Made by a program: the position numbers and the translations under genes
Part shown: positions 49,102 through 63,344 of the stretch, piece after piece
Numbering within the stretch: position 1 is the stretch's first letter
Layout: each line of letters opens with the position of its first letter
Notes under the pieces: generated by a model
What the model was told of the DNA's origin: nothing
The model's input: only the letters and a program-made list of their open reading frames with translations
Databases searched by the model: none
Assembly: GCF_006345805.1 (NCBI RefSeq)
Contig: NC_043015.1
Coordinates: forward strand, 40,238,001 to 40,302,000
Length of the DNA: 64,000 nucleotides
Direction: 5' to 3'
From: Octopus sinensis
Lineage: Eukaryota

Positions 49102-52100
49102 TAGGATCAACAAAAGTACTCCATCCAGTGAGCAATATCATTTAAAATGCACAAGTACAAAATAACCCAGAGATGTTTTAAGCTACAGGGTGTGTTATTA
49201 TAAATCCGTTAATTTAGTGTATCGCAAAGCATGAAACTCACTAGCTCTTTTGTAATTGTGTCTATTAAATGAAATGTAAAACCGTCGAGATAAGTGTAAA
49301 TTAATTGTAGCAGCTGACGTTGTAGTCTTTTTAATAACACTATCGATTTTGTGGTGGTGGCCGTGGAAGCAAAAGCAACAACAACAATAACGGTGGTTCC
49401 CTTCCGTATCAATTTTTATTCTTTTATTACAGTTTTTGATTTGTCAACAACTTTCATCTCTCCTCCTTCCCCCCCCCCCTCTCTCCCTCTCTCTCTCTCT
49501 CTCTTGTAGCAGCCACTGCGCTCATTTTTATCAATCTATGTCTATCTAGCTACCTATATAAACACACACACACACACACACCTTTATGTATGCGTGTATA
49601 TATTTGTATATGTGTGTGTACATTATATATATATATATTTGTATTTTTTACATGTAAACATAGTATATATATATATATATATATATATATTACACACACA
49701 CAAATATATATAATCAATTTGATTTATATACAAATATATATATACCCTATTTGATTATATGGATAATACCATACAAAATTCTGGTGCCTTTAACTTAAAT
49801 ACCATATTCTTCTGAATCTAAATTTTGCTGTACAAAGATATATATATATATATATATAGATATATGTGTGTGTATGTATGTATGTATGTATGTATGTATG
49901 TATGTGTGTGTGTGTATGTATGTGTGTGTGTGTATGTGTGTATGTGTGTAAGTATGTATGTATGTATATATATTGCATAGTAAGGATTATACTCATATTA
50001 CACACATACATAAAAACACATACACCTGAAAGAAGCCCGTCGTATATATGTATGTGTGTGTGTGTGTGTATGCTTGTGTGTCTGTGTTTGTCCCCCCACC
50101 CCCAACATCGCTTGACAACCGATGCTGGTGTGTTTACGTCCCCGTAACTTAGCTGTTCGGCAAAAGTGACCGATAGAATAAGTACTGGGCTTACAAAGAA
50201 TAAGTCTTGGAGGTCGATTTGCTCGACTGAAGGCGGTGCTCCAGCATGGCCGCAGTCAAACGACTGAAACAAGTAAAAGAGTAGAAGAGTAAAAGATATG
50301 TGTGTATATATATACCCCTTACTTTCTATTTACTTCCCTATTTCTTTTATGTATGTCTTTCTCATCCCCCTGCACGTACGCACCATGAGAGCCGCTTATT
50401 ATAATCACAGATGTTATCAAACGATTACCGTTATTAAAAATACTGAGTCCCAACACACAGGATAATTCTTATATCCTTTGCTTAAAGCCATCAGACGTTT
50501 ATTGCTATTATAAGAAACCTTCTGTCCCAAAATGACCACAATAAACGGCTTTGTTGTATTTGCGTATGTACATACACACAATATACGTCGTGTGTGTATA
50601 TCTGTCTATCTATCTGTTAATAAGAGCTAGGTCTGCCTGTATGTCGGTCTCTGTTTGTCTATAAATGTCTATACATAGGCTTAGTAGTGGCTGTGTGGTA
50701 AGTAGCTTGCTTACGAACCAAATGGTTCCGGGTTCAGTCCCATTGCGTGGCATCTTGGGCAAGTGTCTTCTGCTATAGCCTCGGGCCGACCAAAGCCTTG
50801 TAAGTGGATTTGGTAGACGGAAACTGAAAGAAGCCCGTCGTATATATGCATATATATATGTTTGTGTGTCTGTGTTTGTTTCCCCAACATCACTTGACAA
50901 CCGATGCTGGTGTGTTTACGTCCACGTAACTTAGCCGTTCGGCAAAACAGACCAATAGAATAAGTACTAGACTTACAAAGAATAAGTCCTGGGGGTCGAT
51001 TTGCTCGACTAAAGGCGATGCTCCAGCATGGCCACAGTCAAATGACTGAAACAAGTAAAAGAGTATTTCACAGCATTTAGACGCAAACAAGTCTAATTTA
51101 TAAAGACAGACACAAATGCCTTGTCTCCAATGTATTTTTAAAAGCACATCCTTTTAATCTGATTTTGAACAATAGACAAAGCGATTTACATCACAGGATT
51201 ATTTCTCTGTGGACGAGAAACAACTTGAGGTCAATTTGACTGGTTTCTGGTATGTTTGAGTCTTCATCAGAGAAAAATAGTCTTGTTTGTATCTGCAAAC
51301 ACCTTATAGCTATTTATTGTGCATACCAAGCAGGACTTAGCCAAACTGGGTTCTCTAATTTGCATAACAGTACGCGCGCTGACAACGTAGATTAATAATC
51401 AGTGCACTACACAGAGTTTGTGTGTTGTGTGTGTGCGAATATGTAGATATGTATATATTATATATGTACATACATGCATACATATATGTATGTAGTATGT
51501 ATGTATGTATGAAAGTTAGTTTACAGAATCTAGTTTCAATCTCCGGTAGAAACTAACACTTTCCGAGGACGATGTCGATATCCAAGCGATCAGCATGAAC
51601 ACCCCGGTATCTTCATTGGTCCTCAATAGTAAGGAGAGGATAAAGTAAGCCCCTAGTGAAGACAAAATACCTTGTCGTATTTAGGTATTTAGTTACGTCC
51701 CTCTCCTTATTTTTTTTCTTTTTCCTTATAAGTGCCTTAGCTCGAAGAACAAAGATTGTCTGTGGCGGCCCTTCTGTCCGGACCTCTATGATTTGTGGGG
51801 AAAAAAAGGAAGATACTAGTCTCGAACCAGAGACCTAGTTAAAAACATTTGCACCAAACTGGACTTTCCAGAAGACAACCAAAAGATGGTGATGGCGGTC
51901 ATGATAGTAATGGTGGTGGTGGTGGCGGCGGTGATGATGAAGAAGGCGACGTATCAAGTCTATCACTCAACCAAATTCGATGTTGAAGACGTCTATTGCG
52001 TGTTCGTTATAATGTTATATAGGCCATGAGAGCGGTGGTGGACTGGGACAGAATCGTTAGAGCATTGGGTGGGGGGAGTGCCTTGCCCAGTATTATGTAC

Positions 52101-52694
52101 TTTCAACATTTCACGTTCTGAGTTCAAATGCCGCCGAGAGCAATTTTGCCATTTATTTAGGTCGATAAAATAAATTACCATTCACGCACTGGGGTCCAAT
52201 ACAATTCACTGACTCTTTTCTTTCAACATTGCAAGCCTTATTACCTAAATTTCAAACTGTTATGTTACGAAGGTCGATCCGGAATTTCATTAAAAACCAT
52301 AGCAATAAAAACAATGAAACAAAATTTAGGGTAGAGTGGCCCCGATGATAGGGAAGGGGTAGAGGTGGTGATGGTGGAAGTGGTTGTGGGGTTTAGGGCT
52401 GAGGGATAGAAACATTAGAAGTCGTCAATTTACGAGAAGGAAAAAAAAAGGGACAAGTTTATCAATACAGTCCTTGTTTCTGATCAGGGTTCATCTGGGT
52501 AACGCCTGAGGTTTATCAGGTGCACCGCCGAGGTTTTCGTTTTTATCTGGCCTTGTTTAAGTCTGTATCGCAACACAAAGGAATATATTCTTGCCAAAGA
52601 AGGGACAGAAACTGTGAGAAAGAGCTTTTTGTTTTTCGTCTCTCCAAAAAACTGACATTTAATACAGGAACGTGATATAAATATTTACTCCTTG

Positions 52695-52733
<39 letters not shown>

Positions 52734-54379
52734 TCTTCTGTCGCTCTCGCTTTCTTGCTTAGTCCAAGGCCAGAAATATGTATGTATGTACGTACGACGT
52801 ATGTATGTATGTATGTATATACGTATGTATGTATATATGTATGTACGTACTACGTATGTATGTATGTATGTATATATGTATGTACGTACTACGTATGTAT
52901 GTATGTATGTATGTACGTATGTATGTATTTATTTATGTATGTATGTATTTATGTATGTATGTATGTATGTATGTATGTATGTATGTATGTATGTATGTAT
53001 GTATGTATGTACGTATGTATGTATGTATGTACGTACTACGTATGTATGTATGTATGTACGTACGTACTACGTATGTATGTATGTATGTATGTATGTGTGG
53101 GCGCGTGTTGTAGTGGTTAAGGTGTCGGGCACACGATCTTAAGATTGTGAATTCGATTCTAGGACCGGGTGGTATGTGATGTCCCTTGAACGAAGTACTT
53201 CTCTTCACATTGCTTCAGTCTCTCTTCAGCTAAAAACAAACGAGTCCCAGACTTGTTCTAGCAGCGCTAATAGCTCCCTTTCTCCCTCCGGCTGTTACAT
53301 CTTCGATGTTTGGCTGCGTCAAGGCTGGAAGGGCTGAGAAGATACCTATGTCTGCTCACAATTCCATCACAGGCACCTAAGACTATTACTGAAAGTGCGC
53401 TGGTACATCACCTTGTCTTCTTCAGCTCCCAATGGCAGCCAAGCTTATTTACACTGAGTAACAATTTTTTTTTTCTCTCTCTGCCTTTGGTCAGTAAGTG
53501 TTATTTCCAATTCGCTTCTATCTAGAAACCAAAGGAAGTGACTGCTATTCCCTTCAATCTTTGCTTTTGTCACATGGATATCAATGTTCTGAAACTGACC
53601 TATTTTCCATTACATTTCAAACAGATTCAGCGCTGAGTTGCTGAAGCAGAAATATCGTTATAGCAAATATTCTGCTCAACACCAAAGACTTTCCTGTCAG
53701 ATGATTTGATCATAACCACTTGGGCATGTCCCTTAGTGGCTGACAATATGTGAATCCCTGATGATGAGTAGGAGTAGTGGGGCAGCATCATAGCCATGTG
53801 TTGAGAGGGATTCTTTGGGGAGTTTGAATAAATATCATAACAAAAGCACAGTTTGAGGGAAACATTAAGCCATTTTTCATACCATCCAGGGGTCAGCGAG
53901 TAGGGAATAACAGTTGCTACCAAGGACGAAAATCGTATTACACAATGTTATTACCATTTATGGCAGAACCATTACTGCGCCGGACAAATTGCTCAGCGAC
54001 ATGTCTTCCGGCTTTACATTCTGTTTTCAAAAAACCACTGAGGTCGACTTAGCCTTTCGTAGAATTCGGGGGGTTGATGAAATACGCACCAGTTGAACCC
54101 TGGAGAAGATATAATCGACAATCCCTGACCCCCACCCACAAAGTTCTAGGCGTTGTGCCTAAAGCAGGAAAGAATTATTATTTACTGCCGCAAATATATA
54201 TGTAAATATTGTTTTGTGCCAATTTCTTTTTTTAAATTCCGGATCTTGTTACATTTCTTTCAACCACTTGAAATATTTATTCTCCAAATTATTCTTTAAA
54301 AAATGTGTAACTTGGATGTAGTTTTGCCTGCAGATATCCAGAAGCGCATTCATGCTTTTTCTTTCCCTCCACCTAGAAA

Positions 54380-54779
54380 TCTTTATATATAAAAGAGAGG
54401 TTGTGTGTCTGTCTCCTACGATTTAGATTCCTAACTACTCCCACATTTTGCGGTGCAGTTTAACCAAAACCGGGTATCTTATAGTCGTGATTCATATCGA
54501 GCCCTTCTGGGTATTAGCGCGCGTCTACGATGAGTCTACGATTTTAAAAATAATTTACCATCATTTTTTCCCCATTTTAATGCATTTTTTTCGCTATTAT
54601 ATAAGGGAAGTAACTCTCTAAAAATGTCTACGATGAGTCAACGATTTAAAAAAAAATTTACCATCATTTTTTTTCTATTTTTAATGCATTTTTTTTGCTA
54701 TTTTTTGGCTATAACTCTCTAAAAATGCTTTATAGTTATTTCCCTTACAAACCCGAGCAACTCCGGGCGATACTGCTAG
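54380..54779 (+). mobile_element. non-autonomous Helitron with ~103-bp internal duplication
   Basis: A^TCTTTATATAT...CCCGAGCAACTCCGGGCGATACTGCTAG^T; duplicated units start at 54523 and 54626. Confidence 0.88.
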
Positions 54780-54891
54780 TTAATAATAAAGAAGTTATTT
54801 TCGCCATCAGCCTGCAAAAAGTACACCAGTGTAGAAAATTGAGTAAAATTATGAAAATTTGAAATACACCAAGTAGTTGGGTGAAATTTAT

Positions 54892-55145
54892 GGTACTACT
54901 AAAGAACAGTGGTCCCGGTGCGCGCACTCGCGTACTCGCGCGTCCGCGCTAGCTAGTCGTAACTAATCGATCCTTACTTTGTGTTTTTGTGTTTTATTTG
55001 TTTAACAAAACTTATTTACTTTGTGTAAAAAAAAATATTTATTTTGTGTTTTATTTACTTTGCTAAGTAGTCGTTGCTGGATCGACTAGTCACGACTAGC
55101 TAGAGGCGGATGCGCGCACCGGTACCACTGTTCTTAAGTAGTACC
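54892..55145. mobile_element. Mutator-like (MULE) MITE with 9-bp TSD
   Basis: Perfect TSD GAAATTTAT (54883-54891, 55146-55154); long TIRs GGTACTACT.AAGAACAGTGGT.CCGGTGCGCGCA... Confidence 0.85.
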
Positions 55146-55253
55146 GAAATTTATCAAGATCCGCTCTATTACATGGTTGGCCAAGATGCTAGAAACAGCA
55201 GTCAAATCTCCCTCAAATCATAGAAAGACAGAGAGAAGTGACGTAAGCTAGAG

Positions 55254-55940
55254 CAGTGCTTCTCAAACGTAATGGCAGTTTTTTTTCTCCAATGTCGTAA
55301 GGAACCGGTAATATTTCTTAGTAATATTGATTTATACCGGAAACTATATATATACATAATGAATAATCTTTTACTTGTTTCAGTCATTTGACTGTGGCCA
55401 TGCTGGAGCACCGCCTTTGGTCGAGCAAATCGACCCCAGGACTTATTCTTTGTAAGCCTTCTATCGGTGTCTTTTGCCGAACCGCTAAGTTACGGGGATG
55501 TAAACACACCAGCATCGGTTGTCAAGCGATGTTGGGAGGGGGGGCAAACACAGACACACAAACATATACACACACATACATATATATACATATACATATA
55601 TACGACGGGCTTCTTTCAGTTTCCGTCTACAAAATCCACTCACAAGGCTTTGGTCGGCCCGAGGCTATAGTAGAAGACACTTGCCCAAGGTGCCACGCAG
55701 TGGGACTGAACCCAGAACCATGTGGTTGGTAAGCAAGCTACTTACCACACAGCCACTCCTACGCCTATATAATAAAAGTTGACATTTTTTAAAATCTTAT
55801 ACATATTTTGTAAACAAATGATACAATATTACATAAGCATTTGATAATGTTTCTTTCTTTTCTGGAAACTCGCCGCGTCCCGGCAGCTGATGTCTCGCAG
55901 ACTGGCACCAGTCCGCAAACCACCACTTTCAGTAGCACTG
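55254..55940. mobile_element. hAT (Charlie-like) non-autonomous element with a nested SINE A (55370-55762, minus)
   Basis: Ends CAGTGCTTCTCAAAC / CTTTCAGTAGCACTG; flanks AGCTAGAG and AGCTAGAA (8-bp TSD, 7/8 match). Confidence 0.75.
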
Positions 55941-56129
55941 AGCTAGAATATGTTTCGCTCGGGGCAACCCTTGAGTTCGTTGCTACCCACCTCCTGGCTG
56001 TCGGAAGGTTGTACAGACTTTATAAAGCAGACCAAAACGTGACGTTCCGTTTGTGACCATTTGTTCAAAAAGCACCCAAGACCACGTTATCTAAATGCTT
56101 CCTTCCTCTTTTAAGACAGCAGAGACTGT

Positions 56130-56283
56130 GGATCTTTTCACTTTGACCGGCAGATTTTTAAAATAATTTCTTTGTAACTAAACACTTTTAAACTTCGAAT
56201 ACTGGTAGAATGTGTTACATAAAACATCTTTTTCTCTTGGCTTTCTTGAGAAAATTCTGTAGCCGGTCAAAGTGAAAAGATCT
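56130..56283. mobile_element. 154-bp MITE with 21-bp perfect inverted repeat and 8-bp TSD
   Basis: GATCTTTTCACTTTGACCGGC (56131-56151) / reverse complement (56262-56282); TSD GAGACTGT at 56122-56129 and 56284-56291. Confidence 0.88.
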
Positions 56284-57129
56284 GAGACTGTTTTGAGAGA
56301 GATTTGACTGCTATTTCGAACAGCTCAAGCGCTCCTTCGTTGATCCAACGTGTGACCAGTAAATCTAGTTTCTGAAAGAACCAAACTATTTTGATAGAGA
56401 AGAGTAAAAGCGTGAAAGACAAATTAGCTTCAATGTTTGGCAAATTCTTTGAATCATGCTTTATTTGATTATATAGTTTGTGACGTTAGAATTTTAATAC
56501 CGACCAGAGAGAACCATTCCTTTGTTTGCAACCAAATTCCTGTAAAGATTGCAGGAAGAGCATTTTATCTTTCTCACAGACAACAGACGATCAGTCAGAT
56601 TTCCTCATTTGTTTACAGTTCATGGGAAGAAATGGTCTAACGGTGCCATTAGATTGGTTGGTTGGTAGTTCGGTTGGTGTGTGTGTGTGTGTGTGCTTTA
56701 CTTTTTGTGTTATCGTTCTTTTAATGGAATCAACTTTTAGAGAAAGGAGAGAATGATGTGTGTGTGAGTGTGTGTATGGCTGTTGGTAGTTATACGATGT
56801 ATTACAATTCATGTCAATGTAGTGTACACCAACTCCTGTGTCACTTTAACATATACTCATATATATATACACATATTACACACTCACGCACATATATATA
56901 TATACACACATACGCACACGCATACACATACACACCGTATATACTTACATACACACACTACATTACACGAACGTATCTTTGTGTGTATGTATATCAGTGT
57001 ATATATGTGTCTGTATATGTGTATATATTTGTGTGTGTGTGTGTGTGTGTGTGTAAAGGTATAAATAAAGCAAAAGTGCAAGGTTCCTTATAAACAAATT
57101 CTTGGATTAAATAGACAAAATATCTAATT

Positions 57130-57381
57130 ACACAGAGGGACAGAGAGAGAGAGAGAGAGAGATGGATAGACAGATAGATAGAGAGAGAGGGGGGGAGACA
57201 GATAGATAGAGGGGGAGGGAAGGGGAGATAGATTGAGAGAGGGCGGAGATAGATAGACAGACAGAGGGAGAGAGAGACAGACGGACGGACAGACAGACAG
57301 AGGAAGAGAGAGAGACGGACAGACAGACAGACAACAGAGGGAGAGAGAGAGAGGTGGATAGACAGAGGGAGAGAGACAGAC

Positions 57382-57436
<55 letters not shown>

Positions 57437-57530
57437 GGGAAAGAGAGAGAGATGGACAGACAGACAAACAGAGGGAGAGAGAAACAGACAGACAGATAGA
57501 TAGATAGAGGGAGAGAGAGAAATTGCAATA
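57130..57530. repeat. (GA/GATA/GACA)n tract (also 58085-58255; CT-rich tract 58590-59010)
   Basis: Direct inspection. Confidence 0.9.
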
Positions 57531-58163
57531 AAACATTCCAATATGTTGTGGAAATATTCCTTAAATCCCAAAGTATCCATATCACAGAGGGGAGAGAGTT
57601 TGGGGTGGGACACTGACGACTGATAGAGAATGTTTACCCAGAAAGGTAAAAGAGACACAAGATTCCATCTATATTCCTGATTCTAAAATCTAGGTTTACA
57701 AATGTATTTAATGTTTATATTAATGGTTTATCTGCTATTCTGCCTTTAATTAGATATCAGGAAGTCTTTCTAGACCTTGACTGTAAATAGTTTTAGGTTT
57801 GTAATCCCCGGAGAGAGACGCGTCCTCAATTTCAGAACGACATCTGTTTCGACCTTGTTGAATCTTCGTTGGCTGTGTTGAGGTTTTGTATGTGGTTTCT
57901 CGGTTTGAAGTTTTACACGAGATAGTATCCAGGCAGGTTTGGCTGTGTGGTAAGAAGATTGCTTCCCAACCACATAGTTCTGGGTTCAGTCCTACTGTGT
58001 GGTACTTTGGGTGAGTGACCTCTACTATAGCCTCAGACCAACCAAAGCCTTGAGAGTAGAGCAACTAGTTTGTTGGCTTATGAACAGATAGATAGAAGGA
58101 TAGATAGATAGATAGATAGATAGGTAGGTAGGTAGATAGATAGATAGATAGATAAGTAGACAT

Positions 58164-58194
<31 letters not shown>

Positions 58195-58222
58195 CAGACA
58201 GACAGACAGGTAGGTAGGTAGA

Positions 58223-58256
<34 letters not shown>

Positions 58257-58586
58257 TATACTATGGGTCTTGTAACACCAAAGGTACCCTGATTCTTTGG
58301 ACAGTACCTTCTGTCAGTAGACATAGAACAAAGTAAATGCCAGTTCCCCACCTTCCTTTATTGGAAGCGCCAATCCAATAATGACATCTCTGTAAAGTGT
58401 GAAACTGGGATGAGCAGATTAGCTGACATTTTACCATTCTAATCTCATCTTGTCTACATCAGCCATTGAAGCTGTGAACAGGAAGTCAGTTCTTTCCCAA
58501 CTTCCTGTTGCTGAAGATTCTTAGTCTTTCTTTTTGATATTCACATCCAAATTATTCACAACTTCCGTCCAACTTCCAGGTCTGGG

Positions 58587-58633
<47 letters not shown>

Positions 58634-60331
58634 ACACACACACATACTAAGACATATGTACATGCATGCATACATACATTATATATATATATATATATAT
58701 ATATATTCCCTTTTCCCTCCCTCTTTCCCCATCTCCCCACACTCCCTCTCTTTCCCTCCAACTCTCTCCTCTCCCTCCCTCTGTTCTCACTCCTTCTCTC
58801 CCTCAATCTCACTTTCCCTCCTTCCCTTCTCCCTCTTTCTCTCTTCTTCCCCCTCTCCCCCCTCTCTCTCCCTCTCTCTCCCTCTCTCTCTCTTCTCTCC
58901 CCTTATCCCTCCCTCTCTTTCCCCCACCCCCACCCTTCCTCTCCTCTCTCCCCTCCTTCCTTTCTCTCCCCCTCCCCTCCCTCTCCAAATCTTCTCTCAT
59001 CCTCCATTATCTTCAGGAAAGCAAAAAAACCAAGCTGAACGGTGTAGTCCTGAATATACAAACAGGATGGTCACAACTGGAGTGTCTGCAATCGTAGGGG
59101 CTGCTCCATTAGGATTAAACGCTATTGAACACCCTCTCGGTATTCTACCATAATTATTATACAATGCCACTTGACCTGCTAGAAATAACAACCAAACACC
59201 TCTGAAACCACACATAGTACAATTACGCAACAACACCACCACGTACACCACAACCACCACACTAGACATTCCCATCATAACAGTAAAGACAAACTTCCTT
59301 CAAATTTAATCCCACCACGACCACCACCAATGAGACAGAGCAATACAATAAATGAAATTATCCAATATATTTCCGTTACTCAATATTTTATTCACAGCAG
59401 ATGGTAGCATTTTTTTCCTTCTTTTTCTCTTTCCTTTTCCCTCCTTTTAGACAGAAATATTTCTTTAAACATCATAAAATTGATTAAAATCCACCAAAAA
59501 AATTGAGAAACAGCCGTGAAAAATCAGATAAATGTTGTTGTTTTCCGATAATTTCTTGAATATTTCATTACAATTCTGTGTCAGTTGTGTGTAAAACAAC
59601 CTTTCTTTTTATACGTACCGTAACCCCTCAATAATAGTTATACAACATCTTTTGTATATAAAACAGCCTTCTATATATACCGTAGCTACCCTCTCGCTCT
59701 TGGCAATATACCTATTTCTTTACTACCCACAAGGGGCTAAACACAGAGAGGACAAACAAGGACAGACATGGCCATTTGATCTGTTTAAAATCACACCCTA
59801 CCGTCTTAAGCAAATATAAAGGAAGGACACATTGGAAAATGTAGTCCTTGATAGACGTAAGAAAATTGGCCACATCTGGGCTACTTCTGGTCATTGGTCT
59901 GCCAGATCAAGATGAGCCTGGAACTAAACAACAACAGCAACAACAACAATAAACAAGGTTGTGTCCATAGAACCGTTGGTGCCAGGCTTTACTGCTACCA
60001 ATCTGGTGTTCTTGGTTCTAACCTTACCGTCGTTGTCTTTGTCGTCTGTCCCATTTTCGAAGTCAATAATTAATAAAATCAATCACAGTTATAGATTAGA
60101 ATTGTTGAAATTGTTGTGAAATATTCAACTTGAAACAGATCAAACAGCATCTCAAAGCAAGGTTCCTCTAATTTCGCTACAGAACAAACAACAACAACAA
60201 CAGCTACAACAACAACAACAACAGTGAAATTAATAGAAATAAAATAAATTTCACTAATAGATTTTCTTTCATTTTAAAACTAAGCTTTTATCATGCATCC
60301 TGAACTTATTTTTTTTTAGAAGATATCTATA

Positions 60332-60365
<34 letters not shown>

Positions 60366-60494
60366 CACACACACACATACATACATACATACATACATAC
60401 ATACACACATACATACATACATACATACATACATACATACATGCATACATACATACATACATACATACATACTTACATACATACATATATACAT

Positions 60495-60525
<31 letters not shown>

Positions 60526-61495
60526 TACATACATACATACATACATACATACACACACACGTACGTACGTACATACATACATACATACATACATACATAC
60601 ATACAAACATACATACATACATACGTACATACATACATACATACATACATACATACATACATACATACACACATACAAACATACATACATACATACGTAC
60701 GTACATACATACATACGTACGTACATACATATATACATACATACACACACACACACGTACGTACGTACATACATACATACATACATATATACACACATAC
60801 AAACATACATACATACATACGTACATACATACATACACACATACACACACACACACACACATGCATGCACACACACACCTATTAACACCTGTGTCTCTCT
60901 GTTTGAATAGCATGATGGAAAAAAACTGACAAACCCTTTAGACATACAAGATGTGTGTGTCTGTGTGTGTGGTCTGCATGGATATATGTATGAAAAAAAC
61001 ACACATCCACACACACACATGAAATCAATTGTCACACACACACACATACACAAGTTTTGTGCATACGTAAATATATACAGAAACAAAATAAGTACATCAT
61101 ACGTACACACACACACACACACACACACATACACACACACACACGCGCGCACTCACACACACACACACATGCCTAATGTGTGTGAGTCAATGGTGTATGT
61201 TTAAGAATAATTATGTGTGTGTGTGTATAAGGTTATATGTGTGTATGTATGTATGTATATGAAGAGTAAGTGTTATTAGACTGTATGTGCTTTGTACTCA
61301 ACACACATACAATGTGTGTGTGTGTGCGAATAAGTATATTTTTAAGAATGTGTATGTGTATATATATATTAGGAAGGATATCCAAATTGTAGAAGCCAAG
61401 CCTAAACTAAGACACTGGAGTAAGACAAGGTTCTGTCACTATAGATTCTGTCAAAATACCTAATTTGTATCAGCATGGAAAACGGGCATGAAATG

Positions 61496-61845
61496 ATGTC
61501 ATCATCATCATTTACCATCTGCTTTCCATGCTGGCATAGGTTAGACTGTTTGACTGGAACTGGTAAGCTGGAGAGCTGTACCAGGCTCCAGTCTGATTTG
61601 GCATTGTTTCTATGACTGGATGCCTTTCCTAATGCCAACCACTTCAAGAGTGTAGTGGATGCATTTTACATGCCAGTTATGTGACACCGACATCGGTCAT
61701 GAATATGATTTGACTTGGCTTCACAAGTCTCCTCAAGCATGGCTTATCATGAAAGGTCTCGGTCACTTGTCATCACCTCCGTGATGCCCAATGTTCGAAG
61801 ATCATGCCACCTTGTTCCATGTCTTCCTGGGTTTACCTTTTCTAT
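61496..61845 (-). mobile_element. decayed RTE LINE 3' end
   Basis: Minus strand encodes KGKPRKTWNKVA / DLRTLGITEVMTSDRDL (frameshifted RTE C-terminus) and ends in (GAT)n. Confidence 0.75.
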
Positions 61846-61859
61846 AGTTAGAGATCAGC

Positions 61860-62945
61860 ACTTCTTTACACAGCTGTCCTCCACTGAGGAAATGACCAGA
61901 GACCGAGACCTTTGGAAATATTCTGTACGTGAGAAGACCAGGCAGGACAAGTGAGCCCAGCCCACTTATGAATGCCTTTCCTCCCTTGGACACAAAGACC
62001 GGTTGAGGCAAGCGAAGTCGATATAGAACCTCATCCGACGACAGACACCCATCCCAACCCCCCATGCTTGCGAAGACATGTTGGGGCAAGCGAAATCGAA
62101 ATCGAAATCGAAACCGAATTGAACCAGCCAGGATCCCTGCCTGGTGGTACGTAAAAAGCACTATCCGACTCGGGGCCGTGGCACGTAAAATACTCCAATG
62201 CGACCGTACGACAGGCACCCATGCCAACCCCCTTTGCTTGTGAAGACATGTTGGGGCAAGCGAAATCGAAATCGAATTGAACCAGCCAGGATCCCTGGCC
62301 TGGTGGTACGTAAAAAGCACTATCCGACTCGGGGCCGTGGCACGTAAAATACTCCAATGCGACCGTACGACAGGCACCCATGCCAACCCCCTTTGCTTGT
62401 GAAGACATGTTGGGGCAAGCGAAATCGAAATCGAATTGAACCAGCCAGGATCCCTGGTCTGGTGGTACGTAAAAAGCACTATCCGACTCGTGGCCGTGGC
62501 ACGTAAAATACTCCAATGCGACCGTACGACAGGCACCCTTGCCAACCCCCTTTGCTTGTGAAGACATGTTGGGGCAAGCGAAATCGAAATCGAATTGAAC
62601 CAGCCAGGATCCCTGGTCTGGTGGTACGTAAAAAGCACTATCCGACTCGTGGCCGATGCCAGCACCGCCTCGACTGGCTTCCGTGCCGGTGGCACATAAA
62701 ATACACCAATCTGACCGTGGCCGTTGCCAGCCCCGCCTGGCACCTGTGCAGGTGGCACGTAAAAAGCACCCACTACACTCACGGAGTGGTTGGCGTTAGG
62801 AAGGGCATCCAGCTGTAGAAACATTGCCAAATTAGACTGGAGCCTGGTGCAGCCTTCTGGCTTCCCAGAACCCCGGTCGAACCGTCCAACCCATGCTAGC
62901 ATGGAGAACGGACGTTAAATGACGATGATGATGATGATGATGAAG
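61860..62945 (+). mobile_element. 5'-truncated RTE LINE with 159-bp tandem repeats in the 3' UTR
   Basis: ..EEMTRDRDLWKYSVREKTRQDK* (stop 61954); repeat anchors CAAGCGAAATCG at 62087, 62257, 62416, 62575; tail GGACGTTAAATGACGATGATGATG. Confidence 0.85.
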
Positions 62946-63310
62946 ATATGTATATATAATGTAGATAGGTATGTATGTATGTATATGAGTAGTGAGTGCA
63001 TATTAAACCATATAAGTGTTCTATACTGGACATGTGTATGTGTGTGTATGCATGTATGTGTGTGCGTGTGTGTATGCATGTATGTGTGTGTGTGTGTGTT
63101 TATCAGTATGAGTTGCATTACTGTAATTATAGTCTCTCTGCCATTAATTCCCATCAAACTGAAATCTATCTACCTCAAACAATAATGACAATTAATTCAT
63201 TAATTAAACAAACTTTTGCCAACTAATTACTAAAATGTAACGAGATCAGAACAAAGAACTGATATCAATTCATTGATTTGAAATTAAAACCATCATGTGT
63301 GTTTTTGTTG

Positions 63311-63344
<34 letters not shown>

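Noticed and set aside
51640-52010. GC-richer stretch with a Gly/Asp-rich reading frame (possible exon of a second gene)
   Set aside because: Short frames, no recognisable motif and no consistent splice pair.
61802-62902. 366-aa ORF with 53-aa repeats, similar to ORF 5858-6451
   Set aside because: Antisense reading of an RTE 3' UTR with a 159-bp tandem repeat.
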